From a virus (lineage: Duplodnaviria; Caudoviricetes), in the IMG/VR virus record IMGVR_UViG_3300005758_000080, positions 1 to 29,136 of that record: DNA of 29,136 bases; one strand, written 5' to 3'. The notes beneath the pieces were generated by a model, which did no database searches, had not been told where the DNA came from, and saw only the letters and a list, made by a program, of their open reading frames with translations. Every line of letters begins with the position of its first letter. Positions within the stretch are counted from its first letter, which is position 1. Positions 23,144 to 29,136 of this stretch are shown in pieces. The position numbers and the translations under genes were made by a program.

Positions 23144-23435
23144 TAAATTCGAATTTGAACAGCTTACTAACGTAGATAGTAACGGCTGTATAGAAGTCCG
23201 TGTTTTAGACAACCGCACGGGCGAAGAAATAGGGAACGTAGAAATACAACTAGTAATAAATTGGTACAATGATACCGATACAATTAAAATATATAACTAT
23301 GAATTTGAAGAAAACACACCACTCGCAGACGCAGACGAAGCGCTGGACCACCTTATTACCTACGGAAAAAGAATGTATGACTCTGAATGGGAAGACTACT
23401 ACGACAACTTCGACGAGAATAGCTGGTTCGTTTAA
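23133..23435 (+). CDS. highly acidic hypothetical early protein
   Basis: 100 aa, D/E and aromatic rich. Confidence 0.7.
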   Translation: MENSKFEFEQLTNVDSNGCIEVRVLDNRTGEEIGNVEIQLVINWYNDTDTIKIYNYEFEENTPLADADEALDHLITYGKRMYDSEWEDYYDNFDENSWFV

Positions 23436-23520
23436 CCGCTACAGAATTAACCGATACTGGACTAACTTTAACGAAGACCTTTATAACCGAATTTGTGAAA
23501 TTAAAATGCAAGAAATATGA
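23377..23520 (+). CDS. hypothetical protein (likely start 23377, not 23269)
   Basis: 47 aa; ATGA coupling to the next ORF; start uncertain. Confidence 0.45.
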   Translation: MTLNGKTTTTTSTRIAGSFNRYRINRYWTNFNEDLYNRICEIKMQEI

Positions 23521-23663
23521 GATTTAAACTATCTTACCACGTTGGAAATAAGATACTTCAAGAATGGGTATTTACTTCTAAAAGTCTGTGCTACTGGAAA
23601 AAGTCGGACTTACTAAATACTGGAATGTTTAACGACGGGATATTTAAAATAACGGAAATATGA
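23517..23663 (+). CDS. hypothetical protein (48 aa, not in ORF track)
   Basis: MRFKLSYHVGNKILQEWVFTSKSLCYWKKSDLLNTGMFNDGIFKITEI*; ATGA overlaps at both ends. Confidence 0.7.
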   Translation: MRFKLSYHVGNKILQEWVFTSKSLCYWKKSDLLNTGMFNDGIFKITEI

Positions 23664-24091
23664 AGGACAGACTGCAACTAATACACGAACTAATAGACTA
23701 CTACGAACTAACCAAAGTAAACAGACAGCGTTTTTACATATACAAGCGTTACTACTTAATGAATGAGTTAAGAGCCTTACAGCTTAACCTTATGCAAATA
23801 GGGGAAATTTTCGGAAAAAATCATGCAACTATTATACACGGACTACGTAACCACGCCGACTTAATGAGTTATCAAGACCCAGAATACATAGCAGAAACTA
23901 ACGTACTGCGCGAAGCTTTAGAAGGAAGTATTTACGTACCTATGGAACGCAAAAGAAAAATTAAAGGGTACGACTTGCGCCAAGACATTCTGGACGCTAC
24001 CAATTTTCGCGACGTTAAACGCATACAAAGACGGATAAAAATAGGTTTGTACGAAAAATATAAAGACCAGATGCAACCTTTTTCAAATTAA
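23660..24091 (+). CDS. DnaA C-terminal (domain IV)-like HTH protein
   Basis: LMQIGEIFGKNHATIIHG matches the DnaA IGxxFGxxDHxTVxH signature. Confidence 0.7.
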   Translation: MKDRLQLIHELIDYYELTKVNRQRFYIYKRYYLMNELRALQLNLMQIGEIFGKNHATIIHGLRNHADLMSYQDPEYIAETNVLREALEGSIYVPMERKRKIKGYDLRQDILDATNFRDVKRIQRRIKIGLYEKYKDQMQPFSN

Positions 24092-24096
24092 AACGT

Positions 24097-24104
24097 TATA
24101 TTTG
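24097..24104 (+). promoter_or_regulatory. -7 element TATATTTG for the replication operon
   Basis: consensus match directly upstream of a structured leader. Confidence 0.7.
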
Positions 24105-24107
24105 TAA

Positions 24108-24199
24108 GCGGTTCGCTCTCACACCATAGAACCTAAAGGAATTATTGACCCTTGTAATGAAGTAGATGTGAGAGCCTATGGATTTACGAGGGTTTTTTT
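24108..24199 (+). ncRNA. putative structured leader RNA: two hairpins with complementary loops, ending in a T-run
   Basis: GGTTC/GAACC and GACCCTTGTAA/TTACGAGGGTT stems; loops GCTCTCACA and TGTGAGAGC are complementary. Confidence 0.65.
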
Positions 24200-24220
24200 A
24201 TTGCTTAAAAATTTAACAAA

Positions 24221-24448
24221 ATGGAAAGTAAAAATGATTGGTATTTAATTGAATGTACAAAAGAAAATTTAAACAACAAATTCTATTATTGTTGCAATTA
24301 TTCAAATGGTTTAACGGATAAAAAATTGTACATTGAATTAGGTAAAGAATTACCTACTATAATGACAAATGAAAGGCTTTTATCTGGAATTAAAAATGCC
24401 GAACAAGCAAATATTAATGTACATAAAGCTTTAAAAAATTCAATATGA
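24221..24448 (+). CDS. hypothetical protein, AT-rich
   Basis: 75 aa, ATGA overlap with the initiator gene. Confidence 0.65.
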   Translation: MESKNDWYLIECTKENLNNKFYYCCNYSNGLTDKKLYIELGKELPTIMTNERLLSGIKNAEQANINVHKALKNSI

Positions 24449-25095
24449 GCGGCTGGATTAAAATACATAGGTCAATAACTGAACATTGGCTATATAGTGA
24501 AAGGCGTGTATACAGTAAATTAGAGGCTTGGTACGACCTTCTTTTAAATGTTAATTATATTGATGCAAAAATTATAATTAAAGGTAAGCTTTACGAAGTT
24601 AAAAGAGGTCAAAGTATTTTGAGTTTAGAAAGCTGGGGTAAGCGTTGGAATTGGGACAAATCTAAAGTAAGAAGGTTTTTAAATTTGCTTCAAAAAGATT
24701 CAATGATTGAGCTTGTTTGTGACAATATAACGACACAGATAACTATCTGTAATTATGATAATTACCAAACCGAACAAAACACAAACGAAACACAAACGAA
24801 ACGCAAAAGAAAATCAAAAGAAAATCAAACGACACCAATAGAAGAAGGTAAAGAAATAAAGAATATATCTATACCTACATTTGAAGAGTTTTTAAAATAT
24901 GCTATTGAAAATAAGCCATTGGTTAACCAAACAGATTTAAAACTTAAATATGAAAGCTGGAAAGCGAATGACTGGTGTACAAATAAAGGAGGTAAAAAAC
25001 AAGTTATATTAAACTGGAAAGCAACTCTTTTAAATACACTACCATACATAGCAGAAATTAAACTTAATATTCAAAATACTTGGGAGGGTTGCTAA
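24445..25095 (+). CDS. replication initiator / replisome organiser (lambda O/DnaD-like)
   Basis: MSGWIKIHR N-terminus, wHTH-like VKRGQ..RWNWDKSKVRRFL, low-complexity linker, PTFEE..NWKA C-terminal domain; upstream of helicase. Confidence 0.8.
   Translation: MSGWIKIHRSITEHWLYSERRVYSKLEAWYDLLLNVNYIDAKIIIKGKLYEVKRGQSILSLESWGKRWNWDKSKVRRFLNLLQKDSMIELVCDNITTQITICNYDNYQTEQNTNETQTKRKRKSKENQTTPIEEGKEIKNISIPTFEEFLKYAIENKPLVNQTDLKLKYESWKANDWCTNKGGKKQVILNWKATLLNTLPYIAEIKLNIQNTWEGC
24781..24835 (+). repeat. five 11-bp tandem repeats inside the initiator gene; candidate origin iterons
   Basis: ACAAACGAAAC ACAAACGAAAC GCAAAAGAAAA TCAAAAGAAAA TCAAACGACAC. Confidence 0.65.
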
Positions 25096-26058
25096 ATGTA
25101 CACTAGACTACACAATTTAAACGCCGAAATGTTTGAAATACGCTTACAAAAAGACGTGAAAGGTAAAAGCGTAGGCTGGGACTGGGATATGTTACCCTTT
25201 ACAATTAAAGAAGGCTGTACTACTTACATAGGTTCGGCACCCGCAAGCGGTAAAACAGAACTTTGGTTTGAGTTTCTTATAAACCTTTCGTGTTTACACG
25301 GCTGGCGTCACGCTATATTCAGTCCAGAAACTGGAAGCGCGGCGGAAATATACGCAGAACTATGCTACAAATATATCGGTAAGCCATACGTACAAGGTCA
25401 AAACTCTATGAGTAATGGCGAACAAGTAAGCGCTGAAATGTTTGTAAACGAACACTTCATAGTTATAGACCCTATTGACGAAGACTTAACTATTACGAAA
25501 TTCTACAGCCTTATAGACGAAATAGAGCAAAAAGAAGGTATTAAAATACATACTACTACTATAGACCCTTGGAATGAATTAAGCGAAGAATACATAGCTA
25601 GCGACTTGGGACGTGAAGACAAGTATTTAAGCCGCATTTTAGGAATGGTAAGGAAGAACGCACGTAAAACTGGACGACATAACTGCGTTATTAACCACGT
25701 TCGCGACCAGCCTATGATAACTGGTAAAACAATAGCTGGCACAGACGTAAGTTATTTTCCTATTCCTAGCGCTCGCGACTTTGCGGGTGGCCAAGTATGG
25801 TTTAGAAAAGGTTTAAGCGTGTTAATTCCGTGGCGACCACCTTACGGACTGGCTAACGGCGACGGAACGGGTGCAGAAAAAAACGAAGTACACCTAAAAG
25901 TAGCAAAGAGTAAGCCGAAAGGCGTAAGTAAAAACGGAATTTACAAAATGTTTCTAGACGTAGACCGCTACCAGTACTATATGTTGGACTATAAAGGCAA
26001 CCGCGTTTACGCAAATAGGGGAACATATTACAAACCAGAACACCAAACTAAATTTTAA
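25096..26058 (+). CDS. SF4 (DnaB/T7 gp4-like) replicative helicase, no primase domain
   Basis: Walker A GSAPASGKT, FSPE, Walker B IDPWN, VINH, KVAKSK. Confidence 0.8.
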   Translation: MYTRLHNLNAEMFEIRLQKDVKGKSVGWDWDMLPFTIKEGCTTYIGSAPASGKTELWFEFLINLSCLHGWRHAIFSPETGSAAEIYAELCYKYIGKPYVQGQNSMSNGEQVSAEMFVNEHFIVIDPIDEDLTITKFYSLIDEIEQKEGIKIHTTTIDPWNELSEEYIASDLGREDKYLSRILGMVRKNARKTGRHNCVINHVRDQPMITGKTIAGTDVSYFPIPSARDFAGGQVWFRKGLSVLIPWRPPYGLANGDGTGAEKNEVHLKVAKSKPKGVSKNGIYKMFLDVDRYQYYMLDYKGNRVYANRGTYYKPEHQTKF

Positions 26059-26348
26059 TGGAACTAGGACTACTTATAATTAAAACAAAGGCTAATCTAT
26101 GGTCTATCAAAGAACGAATTAAGATAGCTAGAAACGAAATAGAAGCCAAACGACCAGAAGCAAAGGCTTACATAACTGGTGCGCTACAATCCGAAAAGGA
26201 ACTAACAGAAGCTTACCAAATGTTTACAGACCTATACGAACACGCGCTATCAATAAGCCGCGAGAATAACGTACTAGCCCGCCGAAACATTGAACTTATG
26301 CGTAAAGTTCAAGAACTAGAAATGGAAATAAAAACAAGTAATTTTTAA
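26058..26348 (+). CDS. hypothetical coiled-coil protein
   Basis: 96 aa, heptad-like C-terminus. Confidence 0.7.
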   Translation: MELGLLIIKTKANLWSIKERIKIARNEIEAKRPEAKAYITGALQSEKELTEAYQMFTDLYEHALSISRENNVLARRNIELMRKVQELEMEIKTSNF

Positions 26349-26350
26349 CT

Positions 26351-26869
26351 ATGCCGCGCTGTAAAAATTGTAAAGACAAGTTCGAGCCTATCCGCTTCAA
26401 CCATAAATACTGCTTAAAAGACGAATGTATTAAGGCCTTTGTAGAAGAAGTAAAGACTGCCAGTTGGAAAAACACGAAAAAGAAATGGACTAACGAACTA
26501 AAAACAACTAGCGACTGGCTTAAAGAAGCCCAAAAAGTATTTAACGCGTACATACGTAAACGCGACGAAGGCAAGCCGTGTATTTCTTGCAACCAGCCAC
26601 CAAAGAAAAAGAACTGCGGGCACTACTATAGTCAAGGCGGACACTCAAACGTCCGTTTTGATGAGTATAATTGCCACCTACAATGCGAACATTGTAACAC
26701 GTTTCTGTCTGGTAACCTTCTTAACTACCAGATAGGCATAGAAAAACGAATAGGCGCAGACAAACTTATAGAACTACAAGGCCGCGCACATCTAGAAAAG
26801 CGCTGGAGCGTAGAAGAAATAAAAGAAATAATAGCCGTATACAAGCAAAAAACGAAAGACTTAAAATGA
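26351..26869 (+). CDS. ninG: NinG/Rap-family recombination endonuclease
   Basis: CKNC, AQKVFNAYIRKRD, CISC, GHY, RFDEYNCHLQCEHCN. Confidence 0.9.
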   Translation: MPRCKNCKDKFEPIRFNHKYCLKDECIKAFVEEVKTASWKNTKKKWTNELKTTSDWLKEAQKVFNAYIRKRDEGKPCISCNQPPKKKNCGHYYSQGGHSNVRFDEYNCHLQCEHCNTFLSGNLLNYQIGIEKRIGADKLIELQGRAHLEKRWSVEEIKEIIAVYKQKTKDLK

Positions 26870-27216
26870 ACTATAACAGCGACTTTAAATACGACCTAGA
26901 AATAGGACAGAAATACGAAACTATGCTAGGCGAACTTATAGGCCAAACAATAGAAGTAAAACGCGACTTTAAGGCCATAGAAACAAAGAACATATTTGTA
27001 GAGTACGAAAGTAGGGGTAAGCGTAGCGGTATAAGTACAACGCAAGCAACTTACTGGTGCTACTGGTTAAGCGACTACCACCTAATTATTATTGAAACGG
27101 ACAAATTAAAAGAACTTTGCCGTAAATACGTAAACACGAACCGCGACATAGTAGGCGGGGACGACAACACCAGTAAAGGAATTCTGCTACCAACGAAAGT
27201 TTTTTTAGAAAAATAA
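26866..27216 (+). CDS. putative PD-(D/E)XK nuclease-fold protein
   Basis: IEVKRD..NIFVEY..SGISTTQA. Confidence 0.55.
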   Translation: MNYNSDFKYDLEIGQKYETMLGELIGQTIEVKRDFKAIETKNIFVEYESRGKRSGISTTQATYWCYWLSDYHLIIIETDKLKELCRKYVNTNRDIVGGDDNTSKGILLPTKVFLEK

Positions 27217-27221
27217 AATAA

Positions 27222-27254
27222 TTTGCTTGTATATTAAAAATATGTATATATTTG
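27222..27254 (+). promoter_or_regulatory. early promoter, Bacteroidota -33/-7 type
   Basis: TTTG-21 nt-TATATTTG; shares ATATATTTGCATATA with the 22689 promoter. Confidence 0.8.
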
Positions 27255-27284
27255 CATATAAATAACGTTTAAAAACAAAACACT

Positions 27285-27803
27285 ATGAAACACTTATTTA
27301 CAGCGCTTGCGGCTTTTCAGCAAGAAGTACCAGTAATTCACAAAGGAACGCAAGGCTTCGGCTATTCATATGCTGACTTACCAAAGATTTTCGAAGTAAT
27401 TAACCCGCTTCTAAAGAAACACGGGCTAGGCTTTACGCAAGTACTAACGTCTGACGAAAGCACTAACTACGTAAATACTATTATTTTCCATTGTGAAAGC
27501 GGCGAAAGTCTAGAAAGCAAATGCGCTATTCCTTACGTTGCATTAAAGGGAATGAATGACTACCAAGCTTTTGGGTCTGGCGTAACTTATTACAGACGCT
27601 ATGCGCTTTCTGCGGCTCTAGGTCTAGTAACCGACAAAGACACGGACGCAAGCGGCGAACAAGTAAAGAAACTACCTAGCATAGACGCTAAACGCTTTCA
27701 AGAAGCACTAAAAGCTATCGTAGACGGCAAAGTAACGAAGGAAAAAATTACTAGCACCTTCCAGTTAACAGATTCACAAACCGAAATGCTAAACGCCCTA
27801 TGA
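27285..27803 (+). CDS. erf: ERF-family ssDNA annealing protein
   Basis: YSYADL..PLLKKHGL..QAFGSGVTYYRRYALSAALGL..DKDTD. Confidence 0.9.
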   Translation: MKHLFTALAAFQQEVPVIHKGTQGFGYSYADLPKIFEVINPLLKKHGLGFTQVLTSDESTNYVNTIIFHCESGESLESKCAIPYVALKGMNDYQAFGSGVTYYRRYALSAALGLVTDKDTDASGEQVKKLPSIDAKRFQEALKAIVDGKVTKEKITSTFQLTDSQTEMLNAL

Positions 27804-28480
27804 CTGCTTTTAAGATACGATGCTCGGCTATCGGAAAAATAATGACTAACCCCCGCACAAAGGGGGAGTTATTAAGCCAAACAGCTAAAACCTACATAGA
27901 AGAAGAAGTACTGCGTGCGAAATACGGCGTAATTAAGCCGTTCTACAGCCGTTATACAGACAAAGGCAACCTAGTAGAAGGCGAAGCTATAGAAATGGCG
28001 TCTAAAGCGCTAGAATTAGGTCTAATTTGGAAGAACGAAGAACACTTTACAAACGACTTCTTGACTGGAACTCCAGACGTAAACACGGACGACATACTTT
28101 TAGATGTTAAGTCTAGCTGGGATGCTACTACTTTTCCGTTTTTTGCTACAGAAATACCTACCAAAGACTACTACTACCAGTTACAAGGCTATATGGAACT
28201 AACTGGTAAAACAGAAGCTTTACTAGTTTACTGCCTAGTTAACACACCTATCGAAATGGTAGAAGACGAAATACGCCGAGCTCATTGGAACGCACACCTT
28301 CTAGAAGAAGACCTAGACTTACGCGACGAAATACTTAAGCGCCACGTATTCGACCATATACCGCTAAACAGACGGGTAAAAGTCTTTAAAGTAGAAAAAG
28401 ACGAACAAGTAATAAACGAAATAAAAGACCGCGTAGAACTATGCCGCGAGTATTATAACACCCTTTACAATTTCCTATGA
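27800..28480 (+). CDS. YqaJ/lambda-exonuclease-like protein
   Basis: IRCSAIG, KGNLVE, GTPD, DVKSS, YYYQLQGYM; adjacent to ERF. Confidence 0.85.
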   Translation: MTAFKIRCSAIGKIMTNPRTKGELLSQTAKTYIEEEVLRAKYGVIKPFYSRYTDKGNLVEGEAIEMASKALELGLIWKNEEHFTNDFLTGTPDVNTDDILLDVKSSWDATTFPFFATEIPTKDYYYQLQGYMELTGKTEALLVYCLVNTPIEMVEDEIRRAHWNAHLLEEDLDLRDEILKRHVFDHIPLNRRVKVFKVEKDEQVINEIKDRVELCREYYNTLYNFL

Positions 28481-28704
28481 GTAAATTCAGATTAGTTGAA
28501 ATAGTAACACCAGAAAAAACGAGAAACGAAAAGGCTGAATTTAATTTTGTTCCCGAAATATATTTCGAAACAACTTATCAAGTTCAAGTTAAACACTCAA
28601 TTTTTTCAAGTTGGCAAACAATATGGAAATCAACCAATATAGAAACCGCAAAAGTTTTATTTGAATTTGAACAAACACCAACTAAAATAAAAAAAATACT
28701 ATGA
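28477..28704 (+). CDS. hypothetical protein, AT-rich
   Basis: 75 aa, ATGA overlaps at both ends. Confidence 0.7.
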   Translation: MSKFRLVEIVTPEKTRNEKAEFNFVPEIYFETTYQVQVKHSIFSSWQTIWKSTNIETAKVLFEFEQTPTKIKKIL

Positions 28705-28958
28705 AACAAGAAATAGAAGACCAAATAGTAAAAAGCGTACTAGCTAAATACGTCGAACGCTCAAACGCTGGGCTAAAGAAATACGGAACAACATTAGACC
28801 GAGAAGACCTAACGCTTGACCAATGGATAAACCACTTGCTTGAGGAGTTGATGGATGCAACGCTTTATTTGAGCCGCATTAAGAAAGAGATTGAGCTGCA
28901 TTACGTCAAAGGCTTTAGTGATGGCTACCGAGAAGCAAGTAAAACACGAACTAAATAA
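28701..28958 (+). CDS. small conserved phage protein, possibly MazG-like all-alpha fold
   Basis: RSNAGLKKYGTTLDR..WINHLLEELMDATLY (EExxD motif). Confidence 0.55.
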   Translation: MKQEIEDQIVKSVLAKYVERSNAGLKKYGTTLDREDLTLDQWINHLLEELMDATLYLSRIKKEIELHYVKGFSDGYREASKTRTK

Positions 28959-28972
28959 ATCAGAATAAGATG
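28942..28972 (+). repeat. composite junction repeat AAACACGAACTAAATAAATCAGAATAAGATG
   Basis: left 21 bp recur at 224-244; right 17 bp recur at 319-335. Confidence 0.9.
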
Positions 28973-29136
28973 GAAAAATACGTGCTTGTATTATGGTTAA
29001 ATGGAAATGCAATTATAGATGGTGCATATTATTTTGACACAAGAGAAGATGCTTTAGATTATTATGAATCTTTACCAAAGATTGCAAGGGTATCTGAATC
29101 TACCGAAATAACATATACTATTTGTAGAATTGTAAA
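28970..29136 (+). CDS. hypothetical protein, open at the window end
   Basis: MEKYVLVLWLNGNAIIDGAYYFDTREDALDYYESLPKIARVSESTEITYTICRIV.. with no stop before the end. Confidence 0.65.
   Translation, partial: MEKYVLVLWLNGNAIIDGAYYFDTREDALDYYESLPKIARVSESTEITYTICRIV

Noticed and set aside
23269-23376. Upstream extension of ORF 23269-23520
   Set aside because: Lies wholly inside the acidic gene 23133-23435; the later ATG at 23377 is more plausible.
611-29012. Other short minus-strand ORFs in the track (e.g. 611-835, 2065-2271, 8985-9344, 9981-10328, 19929-20240, 26296-26592) and + strand 14571-14756
   Set aside because: All lie opposite better-supported genes and lack promoters or plausible protein features.
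1-29136. Stop-codon reassignment suggested by abundant CTAG
   Set aside because: Genes are full length under the standard code, and TAG and TGA serve as real stops.

Overview
This window looks like an essentially complete, probably circularly permuted ~29 kb genome of a tailed dsDNA phage (siphovirus-like). The host is inferred to be Bacteroidota/Flavobacteria, from TAnnTTTG promoters and A-rich leaders without Shine-Dalgarno motifs. Gene order: end of the early region (small ORFs, SSB-like, HTH), an ECF-sigma-like operon, terminase small and large subunits, tail genes, tape measure, repeat-containing tail fibre, two inverted paralogous genes, XkdF-like protease/scaffold, major capsid, major tail, portal, adaptor, holin, YkuD-motif lysin, u-spanin, metallophosphoesterase, then early/replication genes (DnaA-C-like HTH, initiator with internal repeats, SF4 helicase, NinG, nuclease, ERF, YqaJ-type exonuclease). 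I recognised no integrase, DNA polymerase, tRNA or CRISPR array. The most interesting unexplained signals are: (1) a TAATATNGTTATG motif that contains the start codon of five late modules, with a sixth variant at the end of the sigma-like gene; (2) a two-hairpin kissing-loop RNA leader upstream of the replication genes; (3) a ~40-nt promoter-to-terminator unit complementary to several phage start codons; (4) direct repeats at gene junctions around the genome ends; (5) tandem paralogues that may replace the G/GT tail-chaperone frameshift. All product calls are by motif recognition, without database searches.
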